Source: Macrostomum hystrix
Lineage: Eukaryota; Animalia; Platyhelminthes
NCBI GenBank assembly: GCA_950097015.1
Contig: CATNEN010000024.1
Coordinates: 5,642,001-5,706,000 of the forward strand
Reading direction: 5' to 3'
DNA: 64,000 bases
Positions 1 to 13,571 of the stretch are shown here, in pieces. Position 1 is the first letter of the stretch. The number at the start of each line of letters is the position of its first letter. The notes beneath the pieces were generated by a model. That model did not search any database. It had not been told where the DNA came from and saw only the letters and a list, made by a program, of their open reading frames with translations. The position numbers and the translations under genes are program-made.

Positions 1-178
1 CTACAAGAAAATCCTAATCCTACAAGAAAATCCTAATCCTACAAGAAAATCCCGATCCTAGAAGAAAATCCCAAGTCTACAAAAATCCCAATCCTACAAA
101 AAATCCCAATCCTACAAGAAAATCCCGATCCTAGAAGAATATCCCGAACCTAGAAGAAAATCCCAATCCTAAAAGAAA
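1..178. repeat. Degenerate ~20-bp tandem repeat (ctacaagaaaatcccaatc)
   Basis: Direct inspection; intronic. Confidence 0.85.
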
Positions 179-242
179 GTTACAATACCAGAATAAGATC
201 ACGGACTCATTCAATTTACACCTGTACAATCCGAGAACTCAC

Positions 243-3200
243 CAACTCAAGAATGCTCAAAGCGTTATCTTTCGTGGCAAAGATCACGTTGAATCGCACC
301 TGAGTCTTGGCCAGCGTGGTGAGGATCTCGCTGACATTTCTGCCAGAGTCCAGCTGGAAGGCCATCACGCTTGTGCCCCTAGCTGACAGGAGATTTTGAA
401 AGGCCTCGACCTGCTGCAGACCTTGGATTTCGGGATCAGTTTTATGGGTCGAGAGAGATTTTGAGGCTCTATAAGTAACAATGTGAGATTTTGAGGCTGT
501 ATAAGTAGCTATGTGAGTTTTGAGGCTCTATGAGTAACAATGTGAGTTTTGAGGCTCTATAAGTAACAATGTAAGTTTTGAGGCTCTATAAGTAACAATG
601 TGAGTTTTGAGGCTCTATAAGTAACAATGTGAGTTTTGAGGCTCTATAAGTAACAATGTGAGTTTTGAGGCTCTATAAGTAACAATGTGAGTTTTGAGGC
701 ACTATAAGTAACAATGTGAGTTTTGAGGCTCTATAAGTAGCTTTGTGAGATTTTGAGGCTCTATAAGTAACAATGTGAGATTTTGAGGCTGTATAAGTAG
801 CTATGTGAGTTTTGAGGCTCTATGAGTAACAATGTGAGTTTTGAGGCTCTATAAGTAACAATGTGAGTTTTGAGGCTCTATAAGTAACAATGTGAGTTTT
901 GAGGCTCTATAAGTAACAATGTGAGTTTTGAGGCACTATAAGTAACAATGTGAGTTTTGAGGCTCTATAAGTAGCTTTGTGAGATTTTGAGGCTCTATAA
1001 GTAACAATGTGAGATTTTGAGGCTGTATAAGTAGCTATGTGAGTTTTGAGGCTCTATGAGTAACAATGTGAGTTTTGAGGCTCTATAAGTAACAATGTGA
1101 GTTTTGAGGCTCTATAAGTAACAATGTGAGTTTTGAGGCTCTATAAGTAACAATGTGAGTTTTGAGGCACTATAAGTAACAATGTGAGTTTTGAGGCACT
1201 ATAAGTAACAATGTGAGTTTTGAGGCACTATAAGTAACAATGTGAGTTTTGAGGCTCTATAAGTAGCTTTGTGAGATTTTGAGGCTCTATAAGTAACAAT
1301 GTGAGATTTTGAGGCTGTATAAGTAGCTATGTGAGTTTTGAGGCTCTATGAGTAACAATGTGAGTTTTGAGGCTCTATAAGAAACAATGTAAGTTTTGAG
1401 GCTCTATAAGTAGCTTTGTGAGATTCTGAGGCTCTATAAGTAACAATGTGAGTTTTGAGGCTCTATAAGTAACAATGTGAGTTTTGAGGCACTATAAGTA
1501 ACGATGTGAGTTTTGAGGCTCTATAAGTAACAATGTGAGTTTTGAGGCTCTATAAGAAACAATGTGAGATTTTGAGGCTGTATAAGTAGCTATGTGAGTT
1601 TTGAGGCTCTATGAGTAACAATGTGAGTTTTGAGGCTCTATAAGTAACAATGTAAGTTTTGAGGCTCTATATGTAGCTTTGTGAGATTCTGAGGCTCTAT
1701 AAGTAACAATGTGAGTTTTGAGGCTCTATAAGTAACAATGTGAGTTTTGAGGCTTTATAAGAAACAATGTGAGTTTTGAGGCTCTATAAGAAACAATGTG
1801 AGTTTTGAGGCTCTATAAGAAACAATGTAAGTTTTGAGGCTCTATAAGTAACAATGTGAGTTTTGAGGCACTATAAGTAACGATGTGAGTTTTGAGGCTC
1901 TAAGGAACAATGTGAGTTTTGAGGCTCTATAAGTAACGATGTGAGTTTTGAGGCACTATAAGTAACGATGTGAGATTTGAGGCTCTATAAGTAACAATGT
2001 GAGTTTTGAGGCTCTATAAGTAACAATGTGAGTTTTGAGGCTCTATAAGTAACGATGTGAGTTTTGAGGCTCTATAAGTAACAATGTGAGTTTTGAGGCT
2101 CTATAAGTAACAATGTGAGTTTTGAGGCTCTATAAGTAACAATGTGAGTTTTGAGGCTCTATAAGAAACAATGTGAGTTTTGAGGCTCTATAAGAAACAA
2201 TGTGAGTTTTGAGGCTCTATAAGAAACAATGTGAGTTTTGAGGCTCTATAAGAAACAATGTAAGTTTTGAGGCTCTATAAGTAACAATGTGAGTTTTGAG
2301 GCACTATAAGTAACGATGTGAGTTTTGAGGCTCTAAGGAACAATGTGAGTTTTGAGGCTCTATAAGTAACGATGTGAGTTTTGAGGCACTATAAGTAACG
2401 ATGTGAGATTTAGGAAACCCAGCTGACAGGATACTATATTACTTTTTTGATTTCATAAAGTCTTACAGATTTTACTGTTTTCTGAGAAACATTTGATGAC
2501 CAGATTTTTTAGCAAAAAAGCTCCCAAGGCAAGCGATGATGGCGACTCACTCTGGAACCTGTCAAATAGAATGGCAGCCATTGAAGCGTTGTGCAGCCGG
2601 AGCGCTTCAACTGAGGCCGTCAGCAGCAGCTCCGGATCAGCGGCGGCGATGAACTCGAAGGCTGCAACGGTAATTCGGATAGTGGGGCTGGCGATGAAAA
2701 TGTTGGGGAAGGGCTTTTCGTCAATTTTTTTAAGTTTTTAATAATCGGATTACAGACTTATCCAGATTATAAGTCTAACAAAGCATGATTATTTTAAGAT
2801 CCAGTATAATCAATTATTACACTTGGGATTTCCTAGGATTTAGATGTTTTGGGATTTTGGGTTTTCTAAGATGTAGGATTTCCTGCGAGTTAGGATTTCT
2901 TGGGATTAAAATGTTTCATGTGATTAAGAATTTCCTGGAGTTTTTAGTATTAATGGAATTTAGGACTTCCAGAGACTTTGGATTTCCTGAGATTTAGGAT
3001 TTCCTGAGATTTAGGATTTCCTGAGATTTGGGATTTCCTGAGATTTAGGATTTCCTGAGATTTAGGATTTCCTGAGATTTGGGATTTCCTGAGATTTGGG
3101 ATTTCCTGAGATTTAGGATTTCCTGAAATTTCGGATTTCCTGAGATTTTGGATTTGCTGAGATTTTGGATTTCCTGAGATTTTGGATTTGCTGAGATTTT

Positions 3201-6200
3201 GGATTTGCTGAGATTTTGGATTTCCTGAGATTTTGGATTTGCTGAGATTTTGGATTTGCTGAGATTTTGGATTTGCTGAGATTTTGGATTTGCTGAGATT
3301 TTGGATTTGCTGAGATTTTGGATTTGCTGAGATTTTGGATTTGCTGAGATTTTGGATTTCCTGAGATTTTGGATTTGCTGAGATTTTGGATTTGCTGAGA
3401 TTTTGGATTTCCTGAGATTTAGGATTTCCTGAGATTTAGGATTTCCTGAGATTTGGGATTTCCTGAGATTTAGGATTTCCTGAGATTTAGGATTTCCTGA
3501 GATTTGGGATTTCCTGAGATTTAGGATTTCCTGAGATTTAGGATTTCCTGAGATTTAGGATTTCCTGAGATTTAGGATTTCTTGAGATTTAGGATTTCCT
3601 GAGATTTAGGATTTCCTGAGATTTGGGATTTCCTGAGATTTAGGATTTCCTGAGATTTGGGATTTCCTGAGATTTAGGATTTCCTGAGATTTAGGATTTC
3701 CTGAGATTTGGGATTTCCTGAGATTTAGGATTTCCTGAGATTTAGGATTTCCTGAGATTTGGGATTTCCTGAGATTTGGGATTTCCTGAGATTTAGGATT
3801 TCCTGAAATTTCGGATTTCCTGAGATTTTGGATTTGCTGAGATTTTGGATTTGCTGAGATTTTGGATTTGCTGAGATTTTGGATTTGCTGAGATTTTGGA
3901 TTTCCTGAGATTTTGGATTTGCTGAGATTTTGGATTTGCTAAGATTTTGGATTTGCTGAGATTTTGGATTTGCTGAGATTTTGGATTTGCTGAGATTTTG
4001 GATTTGCTGAGATTTTGGATTTGCTGAGATTTTGGATTTGCTGAGATTTTGGATTTGCTGAGATTTTGGATTTGCTGAGATTTTGGATTTGCTGAGATTT
4101 TGGATTTCCTGAGATTTAGGATTTCCTGAGATTTGGGATTTCCTGAGATTTGGGATTTCCTGAGATTTTGGATTTCCTGAGATTTTGGATTTCCTGAGAT
4201 TTTGGATTTGCTGAGATTTTGGATTTCCTGAGATTTTGGATTTGCTGAGATTTTGGATTTGCTAAGATTTTGGATTTGCTGAGATTTTGGATTTCCTGAG
4301 ATTTTGGATTTGCTGAGATTTTGGATTTGCTGAGATTTTGGATTTGCTGAGATTTTGGATTTGCTGAGATTTTGGATTTGCTGAGATTTTGGATTTGCTG
4401 AGATTTTGGATTTGCTGAGATTTGGGATTTCCTGAGATTTTGGATTTCCTGAGATTTTGGATTTCCTGAGATTTTGGATTTGCTGAGATTTTGGATTTCC
4501 TGAGATTTAGGATTTCCTGAGATTTGGGATTTCCTGAGATTTAGGATTTCCTGAGATTTAGGATTTCCTGAGATTTGGGATTTCCTGAGATTTAGGATTT
4601 CCTGAGATTTAGGATTTCCTGAGATTTAGGATTTCCTGAGATTTAGGATTTCTTGAGATTTAGGATTTCCTGAGATTTAGGATTTCCTGAGATTTGGGAT
4701 TTCCTGAGATTTAGGATTTCCTGAGATTTAGGATTTCCTGAGATTTAGGATTTCCTGAGATTTAGGATTTCCTGAGATTTGGGATTTCCTGAGATTTAGG
4801 ATTTCCTGAGATTTAGGATTTCCTGAGATTTGGGATTTCCTGAGATTTGGGATTTCCTGAGATTTAGGATTTCCTGAAATTTCGGATTTCCTGAGATTTT
4901 GGATTTGCTGAGATTTTGGATTTCCTGAGATTTTGGATTTGCTGAGATTTTGGATTTGCTGAGATTTTGGATTTCCTGAGATTTTGGATTTGCTGAGATT
5001 TTGGATTTGCTAAGATTTTGGATTTGCTGAGATTTTGGATTTGCTGAGATTTTGGATTTGCTGAGATTTTGGATTTGCTGAGATTTTGGATTTGCTGAGA
5101 TTTTGGATTTCCTGAGATTTAGGATTTCCTGAGATTTGGGATTTCCTGAGATTTGGGATTTCCTGAGATTTTGGATTTCCTGAGATTTTGGATTTCCTGA
5201 GATTTTGGATTTGCTGAGATTTTGGATTTCCTGAGATTTTGGATTTGCTGAGATTTTGGATTTGCTAAGATTTTGGATTTGCTGAGATTTTGGATTTCCT
5301 GAGATTTGGGATTTGCTGAGATTTAGGATTTCCTGAAATTTCGGATTTCCTGAGATTTTGGATTTGCTGAGATTTTGGATTTGCTGAGATTTTGGATTTG
5401 CTGAGATTTTGGATTTGCTGAGATTTTGGATTTCCTGAGATTTTGGATTTGCTGAGATTTTGGATTTGCTGAGATTTGGGATTTCCTGAGATTTAGGATT
5501 TCCTGAGATTTGGGATTTCCTGAGATTTGGGATTTCCTGAGATTTTGGATTTCCTGAGATTTTGGATTTCCTGAGATTTTGGATTTGCTGAGATTTTGGA
5601 TTTCCTGAGATTTTGGATTTGCTGAGATTTTGGATTTGCTAAGATTTTGGATTTGCTGAGATTTTGGATTTCCTGAGATTTTGGATTTGCTGAGATTTTG
5701 GATTTGCTGAGATTTTGGATTTGCTGAGATTTTGGATTTGCTGAGATTTTGGATTTGCTGAGATTTTGGATTTGCTGAGATTTTGGATTTGCTGAGATTT
5801 TGGATTTCCTGAGATTTTGGATTTGCTGAGATTTTGGATTTGCTGAGATTTTGGATTTCCTGAGATTTAGGATTTCCTGAGATTTAGGATTTCCTGAGAT
5901 TTGGGATTTCCTGAGATTTAGGATTTCCTGAGATTTAGGATTTCCTGAGATTTGGGATTTCCTGAGATTTAGGATTTCCTGAGATTTAGGATTTCCTGAG
6001 ATTTAGGATTTCCTGAGATTTAGGATTTCCTGAGATTTAGGATTTCCTGAGATTTGGGATTTCCTGAGATTTAGGATTTCCTGAGATTTCGGATTTCCTG
6101 AGATTTAGGATTTCCTGAGATTTAGGATTTCCTGAGATTTGGGATTTCCTGAGATTTAGGATTTCCTGAGATTTAGGATTTCCTGAGATTTGGGATTTCC

Positions 6201-8535
6201 TGAGATTTGGGATTTCCTGAGATTTAGGATTTCCTGAAATTTCGGATTTCCTGAGATTTTGGATTTGCTGAGATTTTGGATTTGCTGAGATTTTGGATTT
6301 GCTGAGATTTTGGATTTGCTGAGATTTTGGATTTCCTGAGATTTTGGATTTGCTGAGATTTTGGATTTGCTAAGATTTTGGATTTGCTGAGATTTTGGAT
6401 TTGCTGAGATTTTGGATTTGCTGAGATTTTGGATTTGCTGAGATTTTGGATTTGCTGAGATTTTGGATTTGCTGAGATTTTGGATTTGCTGAGATTTTGG
6501 ATTTGCTGAGATTTTGGATTTGCTGAGATTTTGGATTTCCTGAGATTTAGGATTTCCTGAGATTTGGGATTTCCTGAGATTTGGGATTTCCTGAGATTTT
6601 GGATTTCCTGAGATTTTGGATTTCCTGAGATTTTGGATTTCCTGAGATTTTGGATTTGCTGAGATTTTGGATTTCCTGAGATTTTGGATTTGCTGAGATT
6701 TTGGATTTGCTGAGATTTTGGATTTGCTGAGATTTTGGATTTGCTGAGATTTTGGATTTGCTGAGATTTTGGATTTGCTGAGATTTTGGATTTGCTGAGA
6801 TTTTGGATTTCCTGAGATTTAGGATTTCCTGAGATTTGGGATTTCCTGAGATTTGGGATTTCCTGAGATTTTGGATTTCCTGAGATTTTGGATTTCCTGA
6901 GATTTTGGATTTCCTGAGATTTTGGATTTGCTGAGATTTTGGATTTCCTGAGATTTTGGATTTCCTGAGATTTTGGATTTGCTGAGATTTTGGATTTGCT
7001 GAGATTTTGGATTTGCTGAGATTTTGGATTTGCTGAGATTTTGGATTTGCTGAGATTTTGGATTTGCTGAGATTTTGGATTTGCTGGGATGTAGGGTTTA
7101 CTGCAGTCAAGGTTTTTTGGGATTCAGCATTACCGGGTTTCTAGATTACCTGAGTTTTAGGTTTTCAGGATTTTAGAAGCTGCTCACTTCCTCCGATAAT
7201 AAATAAGAAAAACATAAGAAACACATGAGAAGGACATGAGAAACACATGAGAAACACATGAGAAACAGGACGTGACCAGGATCACTGACCAGACTGCGAG
7301 GCCAGGCTACAAATGTCGTTGGGAATGACGATGGTTGGCAGGGCCAGAGTCCCGCCGAGCCTCAGCAGACTCTCCGCGAGGGCGCAGCCGCCAACGCCGA
7401 TGATGCCGTTGAGGCCGACCTCCTGGCACACTGCGGATTTTGAATGGCTTTGACATGAGCTGATTTGAGATGCTGGAATAGAACTCATACTTTGATGCTT
7501 CCATCATCCTGAAAACAACGACCCTCTCATCATTTCCTATCCCATCCCATCCTATCTTATTTTATCCCATCACACTCCGTCCCTTCTGATCCCATCGGAT
7601 CCCATCCTATACCCTCAGATTCCGTCCCATCGGATCCCATCTGATCCCATCCCATCTGATCCCATCCCATCTGATCCCATCCCATCTAATCCCAACCCAT
7701 AAAACCCCATCCGATCCCACTTGATTCCATTTGATCCCATTCGATCCCATTCGATCCCATTCGATCCCATCCGATCCCATTCGATCCCATCCGATCCCAT
7801 CCGATCTCATCCGATCTCATCCGATCTCATCCGATCTAATCCGATCTCATCCGATCCCATCCGATCCCATCCGATCCCATCCGATCTCATCCGATCCCAT
7901 CCGATCCCATCCGATCCCATCCGATCCCATCCGATCTCATCCGATCCCATCCGATCTCATCCGATCCCATCCGATCTCATCCGATCCCATCCGATCCCAT
8001 CCGATCCCATCCGATCCCATCCGATCCTATCCGATCCCATCCGATCCCATCCGATCCCATCCGATCCCATCCGATCCCATCCGATCCCATCCGATCCCAT
8101 CCGATCCCATCCGATCCCATCCGATCCCATCCGATTCCAATGCAACCTATATTTCGATATATTCAACCTTAGCCCATCGAATCAATTTTTGCCAGTTCTT
8201 ATCGAGCAAGAGATCAAGCAACAAACTTATCCTGGCTAATCTTCCCATTAATATGGAAATCGGAGATTAGCCTCGAACAGTCTGATGCCATTTGGCTCAC
8301 CTTGTCTCACCGCGCTAACTGCTTGGCCTCTGGTAGCGTTCATCAGCCGGTAATCGATATATCGATCGGATCCCGCAGGAAATATGCGCCAATTATTGTT
8401 CACCAATCGACTGACGGACAGGCGGACTGTCTCGCTAGACACCGCTTCGTCCTCGATCACCATGGCAACCTTGAAGATTGCGCAGTTAATCGGAGCGGCG
8501 AACCAAAGCAGAAGGATGAGCAGTACGACTGCCAT
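243..8535 (-). CDS. ANF-receptor-family (iGluR amino-terminal domain-like) receptor, 5' part; continues off the left edge
   Basis: Exons (minus strand) 8535-8301, 7430-7290, 2661-2551 and 421-243, with canonical AG/GT sites and phases 1,1,1,0. Translation: signal peptide MAVVLLILLLWFAAPINCA, then ...AVRQVCQEVGLNGIIGVGGCALAESLLRLGGTLALPTIVI...DPELLLTASVEALRLHNASMAAILFD...SLQQVEAFQNLL...VRFNVIFATKDNALSILEL. This matches the C-x(4-6)-aiiG...iP pattern of LIVBP-like ATDs. Intron positions correspond to those of the iGluR gene at 51280-60379. The membrane part is outside the window, so a class C GPCR or receptor guanylyl cyclase is not excluded. Confidence 0.8.
455..2410. repeat. 29-bp minisatellite (gtgagttttgaggctctataagtaacaat) with higher-order variant blocks
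   Basis: About 67 copies; the variant ctgtataagtagct recurs every 8-10 units; intronic. Confidence 0.97.
2965..7085. repeat. 17-bp minisatellite (gatttcctgagatttag / ggatttgctgagatttt), ~4.1 kb, with higher-order blocks
   Basis: Two alternating variant classes; the marker cctgaaatttcgg recurs 5 times. Confidence 0.97.
7530..8135. repeat. 5/10-bp satellite (ccgatcccat)
   Basis: Direct inspection; intron 1 of the left receptor gene. Confidence 0.95.
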
Positions 8536-8816
8536 TCGCTCTCTCGCTGACGTATCAGTGCTAAAAAATGGGACTTGTTGACAATAGGAGCTCTGTATTT
8601 ATCCTACCGCTTGTGTCCCACAGGTTGCTTTGGGGGGTGGGGTTCGATGATCGGGCTGTCCTGCTGCTCGATCCCCTATTGGTTGAGAGCAAATCCAACC
8701 AACTATACACCCTTCATCTGTTGCTCTACTATTCTCAAATAATTTTCTTGAACCCTTTAGCTTTGTTCAAATTTTTTTCAAAACATTTTAACCCATAGCA
8801 GACAATGGTAAAAGAC

Positions 8817-8945
8817 AATTCGGTAACAGACTATTCGGTAACAGACAATTCGGTAACAGACTATTCGGTAACAGACTATTCGGTAACATACTATTCGGTA
8901 ACAGACTATTCGGTAACAGACAATTCGGTAACAGACAATTTGGTA
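8817..8945. repeat. 15-bp tandem repeat (ttcggtaacagacta)
   Basis: About 8 copies between divergent genes. Confidence 0.9.
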
Positions 8946-9011
8946 ATTGTGTCGGTAATTGTGTTCGGTAACAAACAAAATTGTGTCGATATTGGTCCTG
9001 CTTAGTTGAAT

Positions 9012-9184
9012 CCAGACAACCCGACCAGAATAGTTGAATATCACGACGATGCCGATGTTTTGTGGTTCCGGAAGTTGTTGTTTAATCGGATAGAGCGTTA
9101 AGTTTTAGCACGTGTTCTGGACTTTATGGCGATTGGTTGAATATTTTGGGAAATACAGAAAAAATGTGGGTATTTGAAATTCCC
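9012..9184 (+). mobile_element. Interspersed repeat, copy 1 (~170 bp)
   Basis: Collinear with 34759-34936 (gttgaatatc.cgacgatgccgatgtttt ... tggcg.ttggttgaa.attttggga ... ggtatttgaaat.ccc). Confidence 0.75.
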
Positions 9185-9688
9185 CTGTAGTCTTTCTACT
9201 GTTTAGTTGCAAATAATTTACTCACCTGATAAAAATCATGCACTTCCATGCTAAACTGTATCTGTACAGCAGTCCCAGCCTCTAACCTCGCCCAAGGCGG
9301 TGAATCATGCTCATGTTCAGTGTCATCATCATCCGTCATCACTGCTGCCAGACAGCCTGTGCGTCCATTGTTAAATTTTCAAGACGCAAATTGTCTGTCC
9401 CGTCAGAGACACAATTCCTAGTAGTGAGCTCAGTGTCTAAGAAGTCAACATTGAAGTTTCTTATATTTGAGCAGTACCGGCCTGTAGTACCAACCAGTGT
9501 TGTGGTCACTTCAGCTCATTAATCTTTTATTCCCCGCCTCTCCCGCCCATGTATATTCAATTGTTCTCTTAGTTTCTATTGGCTTAGAATAACTTTTAGG
9601 ATTATATATTGGGATAAATTCAGCACAATCTTCTGTGTTGACGTTGTTGAGCTACAGCAAAAGGTCATTTCTAAAGTTAACTGGTGAC

Positions 9689-11941
9689 ATGGTCCAACGA
9701 GCTGTACTCGCGCAAATTATTTGGTTTGCAGCTTTTGGTGAGTTGCAGTTCTGAAATCTATCACCGCCTGTGACAGATGCTTCATGTTGAAGCCACATTC
9801 GACACATTCGATCATCGCATCATCGCATCATTCACAGGTTCTGCGAGCTCAAGCAATCTCCGCCTGGAAGCCAATGTGAGTGTACCCAGCACACTTCAGC
9901 TGTTCCTTGCGTACAACAGTTCCGTCAACATTGATGCTGCTCTTCTGAACTTGCTGGCAGATAAACTGTTGGCGAGTGGTGACAGTCGGGCAAGTCAAGC
10001 GGTTGCAAAACTGAGTTTGTCTGTTCTGTTAACAGCGGGACCGTTTAATGTGACCCAGGTGCGTACTATAGTTGGCATTTTGCCATTTACTACTAATCTA
10101 ACTTGTTTTGTAATGCAAAGATTTTACGCTTGATGCAAATTTTGTAGGTCATCGATGACACTAAGAGCATTAGCACAACTATAACTCCAACGACCACAAC
10201 TCCAACGACCACAACTCCAACGACCACAACTCCTACGACCACAACTCCTACGACCACAACTCCAACGACCACAACTCCAACGACCACAACTCCTACGACC
10301 ACAGCTCCTACGACTACAACTCCTACGACCACAACTCCTACGACCACAACTCCAACAACCACAACTCCAACGACCACAACTCCAACGATTACAACTCCTA
10401 CGACCACAACTCCAACAACCACAACTCCAACAACCACAACTCATACGACCACAACTCCAACAACCACAACTCCAACGACCACAACTCCAACGATTACAAC
10501 TCCTACGACTAAAACTCCAACGACCACAACTCCTACGACCACAACTCCAACAACCACAACTCCAACGACCACAACTCCAACGACCACAACTCCTACGACC
10601 ACAACTCCTACGACCACAACTCCTACGACCACAACTCCTACGACCACAACTCCTACGACCACGACTCCTACGACCACAACTCCTACGACCACAACTCCTA
10701 CGACCACAACTCCTACGACCACAACTCCTACGACCACAACTCCTACGACCACGACTCCTACGACCACAACTCCTACGACCACAACTCCTACGACCACAAC
10801 TCCTACGACCACAACTCCTACGACCACAACTCCTACGACCACAACTCCTACAACCACAACTCCAACGCCCACAACTCCTACAACCACAACTCCAACGCCC
10901 ACAACTCCAACCACAACGAAAACCACAACACTAATCACCACAACATCAACGGCCACAACACCAATCGCCCCAACAACGACCACAACACCTACCACCACAA
11001 CACCAAAGGCCACAACACTAACCACTACACCATCAACGGCCACAGCACCAACGACCACAATACCAACGGCCACAGCACCAACGACAACAACACCAACGAC
11101 CACAACACCAACCACCACAACACCAATTACCACAACACCAACGACCACAACTTCAACAACTACCACTCTAATGACAACAAGTATGACGACGACAGCTGCA
11201 GCTACAACAACTGCAGCAACTACGACCCAGACAACTACCTCGTCAAATAAAATTTCGGAGACCACAGCTCAAGCAACTACAGCCATAAAGACCGCAACTC
11301 CAGCAACACAAACTATGAAAATCACGAGTTTTACGACCACAGCCGCAACGATACCAACTACTCGTATATTGGAAAGTCTAGCCACAATTCTGAAAACTCA
11401 ACTGGTCACAACTGCAACGAGATATACAACAGTGACTCCAAGGACCACTCAAGAAAGAACAGGTCAACCGATCGTGACACCGACTGCAATAACTAAAACT
11501 TCAACTTTAACGAGCCCCACTAGTACAAATACTTCGATAAAAAATCCCAAAACTTCAACAATAACAACCAAAACATCAGCCATCATGACGTCTACAAACA
11601 CGTTAGCAGTGATTTCAGAAGCTGCTGAGAGTACTACCTACAGAAGCATGGTGAAGACATCGGAAGCTCCACGAATGAGTGGCCTGCAGATTGGTCTTGT
11701 GGTGGCTTGTTCGGCTTTAGTTGTTATATTTGTGACATCCTTCGCGATAACAACAATACTCGCCACCCGCTGGTCCGTCGGCTGGCTGAAGGCGGAACCG
11801 GCCGACTATGAGTCGAGGACGTCGACAACAACTCGGCATGGCAACGTCGATTATGTCGATCTGCAGCTGCAGCAGTGGGTGACAGAAATCAGCGTGGAAA
11901 TTTTGGGAGACGATATCGACGATGGCTTTATTAACTGGTAG
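9689..11941 (+). CDS. Type I transmembrane mucin-like protein (~687 aa)
   Basis: Exons 9689-9737, 9838-10058 and 10148-11941 (phases 1,0). Signal peptide MVQRAVLAQIIWFAAFGSASS, a ~75-aa N-terminal globular segment, a long PTTTT (15-bp) and T/S-rich stalk, TM helix GLQIGLVVACSALVVIFVTSFAITTILA, and a short tail ending DDGFINW*. Confidence 0.85.
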
Positions 11942-12662
11942 CGGCACGTTGGATACTACTGTTAGTATTCAATACATCACACTTAAATCCTCTTAGTAAC
12001 TTAGGGTACAATTTTCATTTGTCCTTCTTGTGAGAAGTGAAATTACCACTGGCTGTAGAAATTGCTAAATTTCGCTCGTGTGTTGCTTCTATTCAATCTG
12101 TAAATTCCTTAATTTTGCTATATAAACGGTCCATTCAAGGCCAGGTATCATCAGCTGCAGCTTGAGTCCAATTAGAACAAGAAACTCAAATAGTGCACTG
12201 GAGGGCTGCTCCATATTTTCATGGAGAAGAAGACGGAAAAATTCTCATAAAAGAACAAAAAGAGGGAAGGAAAAAACATTTTCCTAAATTCAGCAGCAAA
12301 TTGTGCGTTGAGCGCTGAGCCAGATGCCTTCTCAAGGTGTGGCAAATGAAAGCAGGGCTCCACCCACACATTTCAGCCGCAGCCAACAGCGGTGGAGGAT
12401 AGAGTATGCGAAGAAAGATGTATGTGAGTAGAGCAAGGACAACAATTTTCTACCAAGAGATGCAGACGAGGAGAAACACCAAGTATTGATTTTCCATTCC
12501 GCTCTTCCCTGGCAAGTCCGCAGCCTCTCCGTGTTATGCAGACTTCCAGCCCATGACGGAAAGCCATAAAAAAACAAGGCGATGAGAAGGCGATGGAGGG
12601 CCAAGACAAAAAAGCGACAGCCCTATTGCACCAGCTGCCCCGCCCTGCATAGGTAGACGACG

Positions 12663-13508
12663 ATGCTGAAACTGCAGCAGCAGCAGCAGCAGCAGCCGCT
12701 AGCTTCTGAGAAGAAGCCGCGTCACTACCAGGTGGCTGCCGAGCGGCGCAACCGCTTCGAAGAGGAGGCTTTGCGCCGAAGGCTAGACTTTCTCCAATGG
12801 CGCGAGACCAACCTGCTGGCCAAGCACGCCATGCGGTACAATGACCTGCGTCGCAGCCTGGCCCTCTACAAGGTGACGTCCGGCAGCAGCGGCCACTCGG
12901 AGCCGTGTCCTGGACAGCCCAGCGGCTACCCGAGGCTACACCTTGGCCTAGCATATCACGAGCGAGCCGCTGCGGCCGCCGCTGCAGCCGGAGCGCCTGG
13001 CGGTCGATACAGGACGCCTAACCTGGTGCGCGAAGGTCGGCACTCTATCAAGTGGGATCTGCAGCGTCTCCGTCCGTTGGAGGCGGTCAGCCCGGCCGAT
13101 AGAGAACTGTTCTCCTTGGACAATATGACCCGCTGGCGCGGTCGTGAGGAGGGCTATGGACGTCAGGCAAAGTACATCCGTCTGCCGGCGCTGGACTCCC
13201 TGCCAGGCGGCTTTCAGCAGAGCGTGCGCAAGGCCGAGTTCACCGTGGCCAAGGCGCGGGGCTGCTCCGGCCGGCTGGCGCAGCACCTGGACTCGCTGCC
13301 GGAGCTGCAGCGCCAGCGAGACATCCGGCGAGCCAAGCGCAAGAATCCGGAGCGCCAGTTTATCGAGGAGCCGACGGTGGCAGCGGCGACGCGAACTGGG
13401 AAACTGCACGGCGGCGCCAGAGACAGCGTCGATGACGAGAAGGACAACGCAGATGGGTCCGACAGTGAAGAGGAGATTGGAGACAGCGATCGTAGGGGCA
13501 AGAAGTAG
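12663..13508 (+). CDS. Uncharacterised single-exon protein (281 aa) with polyQ and N-terminal coiled coil; weak CCDC190-like resemblance
   Basis: Non-repetitive GC-rich ORF with an in-frame stop 9 nt upstream of the ATG. ERRNRFEEEALRRRLDFL is helical, and the C-terminus is acidic then basic. The family resemblance is from memory and has not been searched. Confidence 0.7.
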   Translation: MLKLQQQQQQQPLASEKKPRHYQVAAERRNRFEEEALRRRLDFLQWRETNLLAKHAMRYNDLRRSLALYKVTSGSSGHSEPCPGQPSGYPRLHLGLAYHERAAAAAAAAGAPGGRYRTPNLVREGRHSIKWDLQRLRPLEAVSPADRELFSLDNMTRWRGREEGYGRQAKYIRLPALDSLPGGFQQSVRKAEFTVAKARGCSGRLAQHLDSLPELQRQRDIRRAKRKNPERQFIEEPTVAAATRTGKLHGGARDSVDDEKDNADGSDSEEEIGDSDRRGKK

Positions 13509-13571
13509 AGAGGGCTAGTAGACATTGTTTTTCATCTAGGATGAGTTGGTAGGTGTTGTGAGCCATGATCA

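Noticed and set aside
381-2431. 11-bp direct repeat agctgacagga flanking the 29-bp array as a target-site duplication
   Set aside because: One copy is inside an exon and not adjacent to the array edge; a match this long is plausible by chance.
9307-9522. 71-aa ORF as the first exon of the mucin
   Set aside because: The ATG at 9689 gives a proper signal peptide and an in-phase splice; this ORF has no usable donor.
10093-11265. Minus-strand poly-(VVVVG) ORFs
   Set aside because: They are the antisense of the mucin PTTTT exon.
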